A stretch of 64,000 nucleotides of DNA from Gracilinanus agilis (GCF_016433145.1 NC_058130.1:758423738-758487737), one strand, 5' to 3'. Shown: positions 46,596 through 59,665, counted from the first letter of the stretch. Notes: generated from the sequence alone by a model not told the origin. A program made the numbers and translations.

Positions 46596-49500
46596 TGTAC
46601 TACCTTGCTGGCCCAGGCTTCAGTCTCACTTCTCACTGCATGATCCATTCTGTAGGGTGGCCAGCGGTCCAGCCCTATCCTAGCCAGAGCACGTGGAGCC
46701 ACGAGGCAGGTTTTTCCCATCCTGCTTGGCCTTTGTCAGTTTTATGCTAAAAACCACACAACTGTCAAGGTCCACGTGTGTGTCTGTCCACGCCTCTTTG
46801 ATAGACACATACTGAGCGCCTACTGCATACAAAGCATTTTAGGTAAAATAGGAATGAGGAACGGGGGTCTGAGAAGGGGGGAAGGGAGCATGCGTGGATG
46901 GTCAGTCCTTCTCTTGACCAGCTCTACAGGACAGGTTTGGCCTGTAGTTTTCTAGAAGTGTTGGTTGCACATTGGAAAACTCAGCTGCTTTTTGGCTCCC
47001 TTCTCTTGCCCTTATCCCAGCGCACCTCGTAATTCATTAGCATTCTGAATGTCTCCGAGGGGGTACAGGACAGATGTTGGCACAGGTGCTGTTCTCCTCA
47101 CTGGGTAAACAAAGAAGGGTTTGCAAGTGCTCGCAAGTGTGTGCGTGTGTGCATGCCTGTGTGTGTGTCTGTGTATCTAAAGTTGGGGGCCTCACGTGGC
47201 TTACGTGCTCTTGGGATTTGGTGCTTCATTAAATTCCTTTTTCTTCCAGTGATCAGGCCACTGATAAAGAAGGAGGGAGTGACCCGAGGAGTTAGGTAGA
47301 GTCGTTTAAGAGCACTCAGGAATTCCCACCCCATACGAGCCAAAGTCAGCATTGCCTTGACCCTGTCCCGGGCCTGGCATCTGCCAAATGGACATGTCAA
47401 GGGGCTGGAAAGGACGCCGTTCCTTTTCCCTGGGGATAGTTCTGCGGCGGAGACAATCCTAGTGGTGGTGATGGTTGCAGGCACGTGTTAAAGTACTCTC
47501 TAGGTGGGAAGTCGGTAAGGGAAGAGAAGCCCTTTGGGTTTAGGAATGTTTAGCTGACATTTAGAAGATGCCTTAGCGTTTGCCAGGCACATTATTTTGT
47601 TCAGACTTCATGACAGTCCTGGGAGTTAAGGTGTTGAGGTATTATTATCCCAGTTTTACAAATGAGGAAACTGAGGCTCAGAAAGACTTAAAACCCTTCT
47701 GCTTAGGATCCCAAAGCTGGTATATAGCAGTGGCAGAAACTGAACCGAGAGCCCCCCGGCTTCAAGACTAGGACTTTTTCACCAAGCCACACTGTTCAAG
47801 AGAGTCTTTTGTAAAGGAGACAAAGGCCTTCAACGTGTTTTGAGGCCTGGACTCATGGAAGGTGAACCCTCCCCACCTTGCTAAGGTTTCTTATTTCTCC
47901 TGCTGCCTCTCTCGTTCTGGAAAATAGTGATGGCCCATTCCAAGCAGAACTTGGGTTCCAAGACACTGACTTGAAACTTTTCATCTGTCTTCTCTAGAGT
48001 TAGATGGGGGAGCAGGGCCTTCGCCCGTGACTTAGAAGGAAGCACTTCCCCAGCTCCTTTCCTTCTGATCTTCTGGCGTTCTCCTTGCTCCTCGGAGGCC
48101 AGCGTTGGTCTCCCCCCCTCCGTCCCTCCAACTCCTTTCTGTTGTCACTTGCCTTTGATACTTTAGAACCCCCTTCCTGCCACTATGTAGTCAGTCCCCA
48201 CATATGGCTGGTAGCAGAGACGCTGCCGTTAGCTCATGCTTTATAGACCAGAGGGAATGGGATGGTAAAGGCGAACTTTAAAGATTAATGATGACTTTGA
48301 AGGCCCTTCTGATTCCGATTTCCCCAGCACTCCCCCACCCTCTTCGGGGAGTCCTTTCCCTAGAAGAGAACCGGCCAGCTGCTTGATGAGGCTTTGGCCT
48401 AAATGATCCCCAAGACCCTACATCTGTGACCCCAGGATTGAAGGTTAAGCCCATTCTGTTTCCCTTTCTTCTTGGTGAGAGGAGAGAGGGGGCAGAGGAA
48501 GCTGCTCATGAAAGCTGGGTATTTGAGTCAGAGGAGGGGCTCCATGGGCCTTCCCGACCCCACAGGAGTTCGGCCTGCTGCTGTTCCACATTTCTGTAGC
48601 CCCTAACATTTGCCACAGGGTCTGCCCTCATGTACATCTGTTCTAATGTGGGATGTTAACATGGGGCCTGTTGGCTTCCTATCTCACATCCATTTGCCAG
48701 AATGTAAAGAGCTGGGTAGAGAATAATGTTCAACCCGCTTCCTTTTGGCAGAATTGCTTCCCATTGTCTCAAAGACCTTAATCTGGGGACCTTGGGACGC
48801 ACAGCCAGCTATAGAACCCCAGTTTCGTCATGCTGCTACACCTAGTCAACCTTGCTGGATTATTTCTTTCAGCTCCTTTTTCAACACTTTCCCATGGAGT
48901 GGGGCTCTCAGTGACAACTGGCAAATGATGGGGATGATTGCTTGTTATCATTCTGGTGGGGACCCATTCCGAAAAGGCTCAGAGTGCCTGGGAAATATCC
49001 TCATTTGTCTGTGTGATGGCCCCATGAAGTTCAGCAAGCACATCTATAATATGGCCCCGTATTATAAGGGAAGAAACCGAGGCACAGCAGATCAGGACTC
49101 GTCAAAAGGCCCAGAGTGGATCGACCTAGTGTCCATGGATCTTCTCTCTAGGCCTCTTCTGGGAAAAGGAAAGTCTGAGCAAGGAGAGGTGGGGAGAGTA
49201 TGTCTGTGTGTATCTGGAGCTGAATTTTCTCCCTTCTTCCTATCTCCATTCCCCATCTTCCCTGAAGCCTGGCTTTGAGCAGGATTGGCCCGTGGCCCCT
49301 GGTCCTGGTCCGTGGGGCCTCCCCCAGCCCCTGTTCGTCCCAGATCTCGGCTCTCGTGCCTGAGTCCCCATTAATCTGGCCGGTCCCAGCTTCCCCCCTT
49401 TCAAAATGGAGAGGGTTTTTAGTGCGAGGAAGTTGCTTCCTTCCTTCTGCCTGCCTGCCTGCTCTCTCTTCGCTTCCCCATCTTTGCTTTATGGCCGGCA

Positions 49501-51402
49501 TATGGAAGCTGTTTCTATTTACTCGGCACCACTAGGACATAGCCTGCTGCGCTCCAGCGAACGGAAGCCTCGGATTCCCCGCAGGCTCGTTTGTGAGGCT
49601 GCATGCAAAGCGGCCAGCTGTTTTGTAGGGAGCGTCTGGGCCGTGTTACATCAGCGTGGAGGAAGCGTTACCATCTGTGCAAACAGGTCAGCCCAGTTTC
49701 CTTGTGCCTGCCCTTTGTACCGTGAACCTTTCTCGTGCTCTGTGTGGGCTGGGGCTTTTGGTTAAATGGCGAGCCTTGCCAGCTGGGCATCGCATGCTGC
49801 CCTTCCTCTGTACCCTCCCCAGCCCTGTTCTCTTAGTTAGGCTGATTGCCATGACTACGGGGAAGCCGAGCTTTGGCTCAAGGTTCAGAGGAACTTTCTA
49901 ACGCTTTTCTCTGTTCAGAAGTGGGCTGGAATGCCTCACGAGGGGGTGAGCTCTCTGTGGCTGTCAAGTGCAAACGCAGGAAGGATACCTGACCGCCTGT
50001 CAGGGTGTGGTAGGGCGTCCGTCAGTCCAGAAGGTTACTCCCAGCTTTGAGACTCTGATTGAGAAAGGAAGGAGGAGAGGGTGGTGGGAGGAATAGATAG
50101 AGGCTGGAGACAGACCCCTCCAGAAATCCCTTCAGTGCTGAGGCTGAGAACCCTGAAGCCATGGTGCCCGGGCACGAGCTGTCCGTGGGACACAGAAGCA
50201 CCAGCAGAGCGGGAACAAAATGTTTCCCTCTGTCGAACTTTCCCTGAAGGCCTGAAAAAGGATCATCCTCGCTGCCAAGAATCCTCCCCATTGGCTTTCC
50301 TCGGCCTTTTGAAGAACTCCAGCAAGCTTTTCCTGCTCCCCAGCCCTCCTCCCTCCCCTCTTCCTCTCTCCCTCCCTCCCTCTCCCTTGCCTCTTCTCCA
50401 GTTCCCAGCTTGGGGCCCTCACAGCAAAGGCAGACATGCAGAAGAGCCAGCCACCCCTCACCTGCCTGGGGGAGAGAGCGGAGGCCGAGCTTTCCGAAAG
50501 CCCCATGGTGAGGTCCTCCTATCTCGTCGAGCCAGGCACTGATGGTATGCCTCATGTGGGAGGCAGGGTGAAGCGACTCAGAGGTTGTGGCTTTGGTTAT
50601 TGGGAAGCAGGTGGAGGAAGTCAAGCCCACCCTCTGGGGCATTATGAAACCAGGGCTGGGTCCGAGGCCTCGGTTTTGAATGTAAGCATTAATCATTGGT
50701 AGTGCAGTCCAGTGGAAAGGGAGGCCGTGCTCTGCTCTTCTCCACCTGGGTAATCTCAGGCAAGGCATAGAGTCTCCTGGGGCCTCAGGCTTCTCTCTGT
50801 AAAATAAGGGAATTGGGCAAAGGACCTGTGAGGTACCAGCTCTAGATTTGAGATCCCGGACTTAAACAGGCCCTTGTTTGCCTCCTTTGCTATATGAGGC
50901 CTTTGTACTAGTGAGACTCCCAGTCCGGCCCAGATAGTCTGGGAAGCCTGGGTCTGTCACCTTGGGTCTGGGAAGGGGAATCCTAAATGGCTTTACCTGC
51001 TGCCATTCAACTACGAACAAAAGGACACAACGAATGGAGTTCTAGAACCTGAGATCTCAAGGGCAATAAGGAAGGTTGGAAGACTTTGGGCAGGGATCTG
51101 GGAACCCGGTTGGGGTTGGGGGCTATTGCGACAAGGGGTTAGCCCACAGCTGTAGTGCTGAGTACAGAGATCTGAGCTGCTGCTTCTCGCCCTCGTTTTC
51201 TCTCATCTCAGATGCCCCATGAGGGCAGCCCCCTTGCCTGCCAGTGATATGGCCTTCATGAGTTCCCTTTCACACAAGGACAGGAACTGGTAGAGCCAGA
51301 TGGTTGGGTGGGTATGTGCTATTATTCTTGGTAGGGATATGGTAATGATAGTGGGGGTGACTGGTTTCCTCCTTCTCTTTGAGCTGTTCCCCTAAAAATA
51401 TT

Positions 51403-51415
51403 CTCTCTCCCCCTT

Positions 51416-51471
<56 letters not shown>

Positions 51472-51511
51472 TTCTCTCTCCTTTCCCCATTTCCTCCTAT
51501 CCCCTTCTTCT

Positions 51512-51548
<37 letters not shown>

Positions 51549-51600
51549 CTCTTCTCTCTCCTTTCCCCATTTCCTCCTATCCCCTTCTCCTTCTCTCCCT
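51403..51600. repeat. (CT)n polypyrimidine tract with a 38-bp direct repeat
   Basis: cttctctctcctttccccatttcctcctatccccttct at 51471-51508 and 51551-51588. Confidence 0.95.
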
Positions 51601-52414
51601 CGGTTCCGGCTGGCAAATCCCTTCCTCTTCTCTTGTCAGAACCAGCAGTAGATCCTTATGAGTGGCCAGATGGGTTAGGTGGAGGCTCTGTGGGTGGCCT
51701 GTTTTCTCCCTGCTCTCCCCCTGCGGCTGTGGAGAGTGCTCTTCTGTGGTCTCTGAGTGACCATTTCCCCTGTGATTGTGCACACTGCTCACATTCTTGA
51801 GCTGGACCTGCTGATCCTGCCCTTTCTCTGCATTTCTTTTCTCTCAGACGCTGACTGGTTTGGCTTATTTATTTATAAATAAGCTTCTGGCTACGCCTCA
51901 AATGGGAGCACTGAAAAGTGTTGGGGGGCTTTCCTGCTTTCAGGCCTCCTTCCAAACTAGGCAAAGGTGGGGAGGAGGTAGGCAGGGATGAGCATTCCCT
52001 CTGTGACTAAGAGCTCCCAAAGTAGGGCCTTGGCAAGATGATGAAAAGTCCTCTTGTGCTGATAAATGTGCCTCCAAGGGTGCTGGTGTAGGTGAGTGTT
52101 CTTCTGGGGCAGTTATTGATGGGAGTTAAAGGTCTGACCCTTTTCTGGTAGTGAATGAGCCAAGCCCTTTTATTTATTTGTTTGTTTGTTTTTAATAAAA
52201 ACCAATAAAGTAGTTTGGGAGTTCTCCCTTCACTTGTACTGTATATATGATGAAAGTTCTCCTTTGGAGATGATCTCCAAGTGGCTCATTTACCTAGTCC
52301 CAAATAACTTTATCCACTATGTCCTTGGACACTTCCTAGCTGTGTGACCCTGGGTAAGTCACTTGACTCTAGTTGCCTAGCCCTTGACACTCTTCTATCT
52401 TAGAATTGATTTTT

Positions 52415-55400
52415 AAAGGGGCAGCCAAATACTAAAGGTGGCTGAGTGGATAGAGAGCCAGGCCTGGAGAAGGGAAGTCCTGGGTTCAAATGTGGCCTCA
52501 GATACTTCCTAGCTGTGTGACCCTGGGCAAGTCACTTAACCGCCATTGGCCATCCCTTACTGCCCTTCTGCTTTGTATCAATTCTAAGATGAAGGTAAGC
52601 GTTAAAGAAGAACAAAGAACAACCATGTAGTAAGAGAGATGGAGTTTCAGGGCAAGAAAGGCTTTCCCCAAACTAGTATGGGTCAGCACTAGATCTCTTC
52701 GTGGGGGTTAGTGTAGCTCTCTCAGAACACCGTGGAAGGCGGAGGACCGCCCAGCACGGATGTCCCACCTCCTGCGGCCTTTCCAGATTTCTCCATGAAG
52801 TGCCTCTGTGGACCGGGCCAGCGCTCCGCATCGAGGTGGCCGCTTGGTTTTCGGTTCATTCCCAGGTCAAGGCCATTCCAGGGCTCGGGGCAGCAGGCAC
52901 TTATGGGCATTGCCGGTAGGCCAGCGAGTCGGAGCCAAGATACGGAGGGTTCGATGGCAGGCTCGGCCCCAGGTGGGACGGTTAGTCATTCTGTTGCCTC
53001 GTTGCAGCCAGCTGCCTCACAGATGGGGGCTGGAGAATGTGGCGAGGGCAGCGCGCATCCATCGCCCCTGCCGGGGAAAGAGCGCTTCGGGAGGGTCGTC
53101 CTGCACGCTTCTCTAGCGACGGCCGCAAAGCTTTCTTTGGACTTGGCCTCCACCTCCCTCTTCTCATCGTGCTTCGGGCTGGGATGGAGTGCTGAAGGGA
53201 GCCACGAGACCCGCTGCCCCTGCCCTTGGGGCCAGCCGTCCTCAGGTCCGGGCTAGATGACCCCGGAGCCCCCTTTGGGGCTGAGATCGGCCGCTGACAT
53301 CTTTGAGTCTGGATTCGGTAGCAGGCAAGGTCGCCCTTTGAGAGGACCCTCCGAGTCCTCCGGAGCCCCCTGCCCACAAGGCACATCTGCAAAATGGCCC
53401 GCTGTGGCTCGGGAAAGGGCTCCCTCTCTTTTTCCCTCGTGCGATGGTCCTTGGCCTCTGGGGACACACCCAGAAAACCATTCTCTAACCAACTGAGCCA
53501 GCCGGCCCCAGCTACGAAGAGGAAATGGAAAATCTGGCCATCAGGAAGGGGGCCCAGCTTCCTCCTCACTCCTGAAAGCAGCCCCAGCCCTTGGGGTCAT
53601 GGTAGCCCCCACCCAGAGAACTGGAAGGCCTGCCTGGCCTGTTCGCCCAGCAGGGCTCAGTTTGGCATTGCAGAAGTTGCGTGGGGAGGCTGTTTGGAGT
53701 ATTCAGGAGATCCTGTGCCAGAAAGGAGGGGAAATAAAAATCAAGAACATATTTTTAAACTCAAAGACTTGTATGATCCCAAGCAAAAACAGCTGCTAAG
53801 AGTGGGATTCGAATTTTAAGCAGCATCCTCTTTGGGCTGTTTGTTGTTGGGGTTTTCTAATCCTCACCTTCTGTCTTAGAATCAATACTGTGTATCAGTT
53901 CCAAGGCAGGGGGTTAAGTGACTTGCCCAGGGTCCCACAGCCAGCAAATATCTGGGGTCAGACTTGAACTCAGGCCCTTCTGTCTTCAGGCTTGGCTCTC
54001 TATCCACTTAGCTACCTAGCTGTCCCCTCTGGTGTTTTTACACACCTCTGAAGGTAAGGACCACAGGACATCCCCCACTGAAAATGTTGCTGGGAAAGGA
54101 TTATGGGGCAGAAACATCTGCCAAGCAGGGTCACTGGAATCCTGATGGGGAAGCTAATGGAGAGCACTGCTGCCAGAATCAGGAAGTTCTCCAGGCAGGG
54201 CGTTGAGTGTAGAAAACCAGCTGTTAAAGGGGTAAGAAATGTTTTGTTGGTTTTATTTATTTATTTTTTAGCCTTTACCTTCTGTTTTAGAATCAATACT
54301 AAGTATTGGTTCCAAGGCAGAAGAGTGGCAAGGGCCAGGCATTGGGGGTTCAGTGACTTGCCCAGGGTCACATAGGAAGTATCTGGGGTCAGATTTGAAC
54401 CTAGGTCCTTCCTCCTCTAGGCCTGGCTCTTTCCATTGAGCCACCCATCTACCCCAGGGTTAGAACATTTTTAAAAATCATCAGTGCCCTTCCTAGGGCC
54501 CATTGCTCTTTTTTTGCCTTTCCCCTTTTAGGTTATTTATTTACTCAATAGTTTTGTCCCATTGCCATTTCTATTTCTGCAGTGATGTGTGAAGGTTACA
54601 GAGGATGGGCCTTAGGCACACCAGGACACAGAGGGCTTTCCGTACAGAAATACAAGATCATCATGCTTAAGGACTGTTAGGAAAGGCTTATTGTAGAAGG
54701 GGAAATTTTAGCTGGGACTTAAAAGAAGCCTGGGAGGTCTAGCAGCAGAGATAAGGAGGAAGAGCATTCCAGGCTTGGGCAACAGCCAGAGAGAATGCCC
54801 AGAACCTGGAGACGGAATGTCTGGTTCATGGGATAACCAGGAAGCCACTGTCACTGGACTGAAGAGTCCGTGTTGGGGAATCGGGTAAGAAGACTGGAAA
54901 GGGGAGTGCAGGTTATATAAAGGGTTTTAAAAACCAAAAATATTGGGGGCAGCTTGGTAGCACAGTAGCTAGAGGGCCAGGCCTAACGTTGGAAAGACCC
55001 GAGTTCAAATTTGACCTCAGACATTTCCTAGCTGTGTAACTCAGCAAGTCATTTAAACCCAGTTGCCTAGCCCTTACTGCTCTTCTGCTTGGGAACTGAT
55101 AAGATTCTAAGACAAAAGGAAAGAGGTTACAAAACAAAACAAAACAAGAAATTAAGTGGCTTGCCCAAGGTAAGGAAAGTAGAGGGACCAGAAGCAGGCT
55201 TTGAACCCAAGTCTTGTGACACCCAAGCCAACACTTGAACCCCACTACATTATGTTTTTCCACTTTTGATTCTTTCATCTAATTTTTTTTTTTTAATAAC
55301 CCTCACCTTCCGTCTTGGGGTCAATACTGTGTATTGGCTCCAAGGTAGAAGAGTGGTAAGGGCTAGGCAATGGGGGTCAAGTGACTTGCCCAGGGTCACA

Positions 55401-55490
55401 CAGCTGGGAAGTGTCTGAGGTCAGATTTGAACCCAAGATCTCCTATCTCTAGGCCTGGTCCTCAATCCACTGAGCTACCCAGCTGCCCCT
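52415..55490. mobile_element. Series of SINE1_Mdo-like copies plus an L2-like fragment
   Basis: About 52415-52605 (+), 53855-54027 (-), 54260-54455 (-), 54945-55140 (+), 55270-55490 (-); L2-like purine-rich stretch at about 54600-54940. Confidence 0.8.
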
Positions 55491-56169
55491 CATGTAAGTT
55501 TTTTAAAGCTCTCAGAATCAATATTATGTATTATTTCTAAGACAGAAGATCTGTAAGGTAGGCAATGGGAGTTAAGTGGCTTGTCCAGGTTCACACAGCT
55601 AAGATGTTTCTGAGGCCGGGATATTCATCCAGGTTTTTATTTTGATCTTTGCTCTGATCTCTTCAATCAGAAAGACAAATTCAGAGGCATGTGAACAGAG
55701 GGGAACAGACACGTCCTCCACTAACATCTCAGTGTGGTGCCTCTCCTGGAATAGAGGTGACCCTGGCTTCTTAAAAGTGATGCCAGTGGAGCATGGGATC
55801 GGGCAGGTCCTGCCAAGCTGGCACAGCTGCAGGGGGAGGCCTGGGCTCTGGCCACTGAAGGCCAGCCAAGCTAAATTCAGAGAGGCTTGTGCCCAAGTTG
55901 GCCCCGGGGTGATGGATTTTTTGGCCACAGCAGTTCTGAGATTATCTTCCAAATCCTAGAGGGGCTGCAAACTGCCCCAGTGGAGGGAAGGTCCACACCA
56001 GCAGACGCACCAATCTTGGAAAGTTCAAGAAGTGCCCTTTTTCCCTGCCCTAAACCTACCATGGATCAGCTTCATTCCTTTTTTTGCTCATCATCTTATG
56101 TCACTGTTTAAGCTATACATTAACTACTCTTTCCTCACTTCTGCCAACTGTCTGTTTTGTCCATTGCAG

Positions 56170-56297
56170 ATGGAGGCGACTATATTATCAGTGACTTGAG
56201 GGCAGCCAGCCCAGACTCAGGGGATGGGAGCTCCCCCTTGAGTCCCACCCGACCCAGCTGGGAAATGAATTATCAAGAGGCAGCAATCTACCTCCAG
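56170..56297 (+). CDS. TPCN1: Two-pore channel 1, second coding exon
   Basis: ttgcag|AT GGA GGC...NGGDY...SWEMNYQEAAIYLQ|gtgagt; phase 1 in, phase 0 out; WEMNYQEAAIYLQ is diagnostic of TPC1. Confidence 0.96.
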
Positions 56298-56519
56298 GTG
56301 AGTTTCTCTCTCCTCCAGTGCATGGCACCATGTTTGTCAGGAGCACCACAATTCAGTTCTTGGCTGGCCCTTTGGCCTTGATGGATCAAATCCTGTCAGT
56401 TAGTTGCTTAGGGTGGATGTCCTAATTGTTGAATGAATTCATGAATGAGTTAATTCCTGCCCCCGCCCCCTCCCATCAGGCCCAGACTGACCTTCTTCTC
56501 TCAGAATCAGGGAGAAGCA

Positions 56520-56835
56520 GTTAATTTATTTTCATTTATTTTCATTAGCTTATTTGTTTATTTATCTAGTTTGTTTATTTCTTTGTTTATTTGTTCATTC
56601 CTTTATTTATTTATTCGTTTATTTATTTATGTTTGTTTTTTAAAGCCCTTACCTTCTGTCTTAGAGTCAATACTGTGTATTGGCTCCTAGGCAGAAGAAT
56701 GGTAAGGGCTAGGCAATGAGGGTCTAGTGACTTGCTCAGGGTCACACAGCTGGGAAGCATCTGAGGTCAGATTTGAACCTAGAACCTCCCATCTCTAGGC
56801 CTGGCTCTCAACCCACTGAGCTACCCAGCTGCCCA
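56520..56835 (-). mobile_element. SINE1_Mdo-like with long (TTTA)n tail
   Basis: Consensus match 56640-56835; tail 56520-56640. Confidence 0.88.
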
Positions 56836-56995
56836 CTTTGGAGTTAATTTATAGGCTAAAGGAGAAGGCTTTCTTTTCTGTGCTCAGTGCTAGCAGGAGT
56901 ATGTAGGGTTAGGATTGGGGAGGCTTGGACAGTTTGCTTTTTAAAATTCCCTGGTTTCCTTCTGAAGCTGAGTACCTTTTAAAAATAGCTCTGAG

Positions 56996-57188
56996 GAAGA
57001 CAGCTGGGTGGCTCAGTGGATTGAGAGCCAGGCCTAGAGATGGAAGGTCCTGGGTTCAAATTTGGCCTCAGACACTTCCTAGCTATGTGACTGGGCGAGT
57101 CACTTAATCCCCATTGCCTAGCCTCTTCTGCCTCGGAAACAATACACAATGTGGATTCTAAGACTGAAGATAAAGGGTTAAAGTAATA
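56996..57188 (+). mobile_element. SINE1_Mdo-like with TSD
   Basis: 14-bp TSD aaaatagctctgag at 56982-56995 and 57189-57202. Confidence 0.92.
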
Positions 57189-57883
57189 AAAATAGCTCTG
57201 AGTTATTCTTTAACTTGATCTGGCTGCCTCCTCACATCCAGAACTTTTAGATGGCACAGCCTGATGCTAGGTTATTGTTACTGTACTGAGAGACTTTCCC
57301 CAAATTATTGCATATGAATTGAAGAGGTTTTTTCCCTTCTCTTCTCTTTACTTTTCACCCTGCTGTGTGGCCTAGAAACTATGCCAGGAACTTAGTTTGA
57401 ATCAGTTCATGTATTTTGGTAGCTATCCGTTTCCTTCTGTCATTCTGCTCCTTGGTGGCTAAGTACCTAGAAGGAGTATCTTACATAGGTGGGCCTTTAA
57501 CGTATCCTTTGGGAGGAAGATGAATGAATGAATGAATGAAAAAAATTAGGAAGCTCTGATTTGTGCCAGGCACTGCAGAAAGTGCAAAGGAGTTGATCCT
57601 TGCCCTCAGAGAGCTTACATTTTGCAGGAGAGGATGAATTGGTCCTCTTTGGTCAGCGTAGGGGAGTAGACTGGCATACCCCTTCCCAGGAACTGTGGCA
57701 GAACTGATTTGTTCACCTTTGGAGTGGGGACATGGCTGGAAACTAGAGAGGGAAGCAAGTTATGGCTGGGGCTTGGGGCTTGGGCTTGCTGCCTTGGAAT
57801 TGTGGTCTGGGAGAGGCAGTCTCCAGTGAGGCTGGCAGGATTCCCAGGGCAGAAGTGGCTTAGTCATTCAGCAAACATTTATT

Positions 57884-58636
57884 TTTTTATTTTTTTTTAA
57901 GATTTTATTTTTTATTTTTATTTTTATTTTTCAAATTTCAATTTAATTAATTAATTAATTGAGAGTATTTTCCCATGGTTACACGATTCATGTTCTGTCC
58001 CTCCCCTCCCTCCATCCCCTTTCTATAGCTGACACACAGTTCCACTGGGTTTTACATGTGTCATTGAATAGGACCTATTTCCATATTATTGATAGTTGGA
58101 CTAGGATGATTGTCTACATCCCCAATCACATCCCCATCAACCCATGTGATCAAGCAGTTGTTTTTATTCTGTTTTCTGCTCCCACAGTTCTTTCTCTGGA
58201 TGTGGATAGCGTTCTTTCTCATAAGTCTTTCAGAATTGTCCTGGATCATTGCATTGCTGCTAGTAGAGAAGTCCATTACAATCAATTGTGCCACAGTGTA
58301 TCCATCTCTGTGTATAATGTTCTCCTGGTTCTGCTCCTTTCGCTCTGCATCACTTCCTGGAGGTTGTTCCAGTTCACATGGAACTCCTCCAGTTCATTAT
58401 TCCTTTGAGCACAATAGTATTCCATCATCACCATCAGATACCACAATTTGTTCAGCCATTTCCCAATTGAGGGGCATCCCCTCATTTTCCAATTTTTTGC
58501 CATTACAAAGAGAGCAGCTATAAATATTTTTGTACAGGTTTTTTTCCCTATTATCTCTTTGGGGTATAAACCAAGCAGTGGTATGGCTGGATCAAAGGGC
58601 AGGTATTCTTTTAGTGCCCTTTGGGCATAGTTCCAT
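57884..58636 (-). mobile_element. 5'-truncated L1 with TSD
   Basis: 18-bp TSD attcagcaaacatttatt at 57866-57883 and 58637-58654; T-rich tail at left; L1 3' end sequence. Confidence 0.92.
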
Positions 58637-59104
58637 ATTCAGCAAACATTTATTAAGCACTGTGTCAGACACTGGACTAAATGCTTTGGATACAAATCCA
58701 GGATAAACTGGTCCCTGCTCTCAAGGAGGCTACAGTATGATAGAAGAGGCCACATGTATGTAAGTGGGTACAGCCAAGATACATGCAGAGTAGCTGGAAG
58801 GGAATCCAAGTCGGGCAGGCCCTAGCAGCTGGAGGGGGACCATGAAAGGCCTCTCAAGGAAGGTGGCATTTAAGGGGAGTCTTGAGAGAAGCTAAGAGGT
58901 AAAGTTCACGAAGGAGAATATTCTGGGCACAGGACAGCCAGCAGACAGCCTGTGTGTAGGGGGAGCACCCAGTCATTGTCTTGTAGAGTACATAGAGGGT
59001 GGTGAAGTGTCTGATGTCAGGGAGGCTAGAGAGACCAGGTTATGAAGGCCTTTAGATGCCAGGCTGAATTGTTATTTTAGCCTGGAATTGGAAGCCACTA
59101 GACT

Positions 59105-59360
59105 GAGTCTGAAGGCAGCTATGTGGCTTAATAGATAGAGCAGTGGGCCTGGAGTGAGGAAGACCTGAGTTCAAATTGGGTTTCAGATACTTCCTAGGTA
59201 GGTTGCCCTTAGGCAAATCACTTCAACCTGTGTACCTCAGTTTCCTCCTCTGTAAAATGAGCTGGAGAAGGAAATAGCAAACCGCTCCAGTATCTTTGCC
59301 AAGAAAACTCCAAATGGGGTCAGAAAGTCAGACAAGACAGAAATGACTCCACCAGAATAA
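59105..59360 (+). mobile_element. MAR1-type SINE
   Basis: ggaagacctgagttcaaat...ctcagtttcctc...gagctggagaaggaaatagcaaaccgctccagtatctttgccaagaaaac. Confidence 0.85.
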
Positions 59361-59428
59361 GAAGACTTTGGGGGTGAGGGTGGCGAGTGGTGCCATAAGC
59401 ACACTTGTGCTTTAAAAAATCATTTTGG

Positions 59429-59665
59429 TGGGGGCAGCTGGCTCAGTGGATTGAGAGTCAGGCCTAGAGACGGGAGGTCCTGGGTTCGAATCCGGCCTCA
59501 GACACTTCCCAGCTGTGTGACCCTGGGCAAGTCACTTGACCCCCATTGCCTACCCTTACCACTCTTCTGCCTTGGAACCAATACACAGAAGTTAAGGGTT
59601 TAAAATAAAAAAATAAAATAAAAATAAAAATAAAAAATAAAAATAAAATAAAATAAAATAAAAAT
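59429..59665 (+). mobile_element. Young SINE1_Mdo-like element with TSD
   Basis: 15-bp TSD aaaaaatcattttgg at 59414-59428 and 59666-59680; (TAAAA)n tail. Confidence 0.95.

Noticed and set aside
48745-50768. 177-aa (+) and 248-aa (-) intronic ORFs
   Set aside because: Non-ATG or weak starts, no homology I recognise, no convincing splice context
52732-53569. 174-aa (+) and 195-aa (-) ORFs
   Set aside because: Explained by local GC richness; no protein-family signal
57959-58630. Several ORFs in the L1 fragment
   Set aside because: Decayed L1 3' sequence, not functional genes
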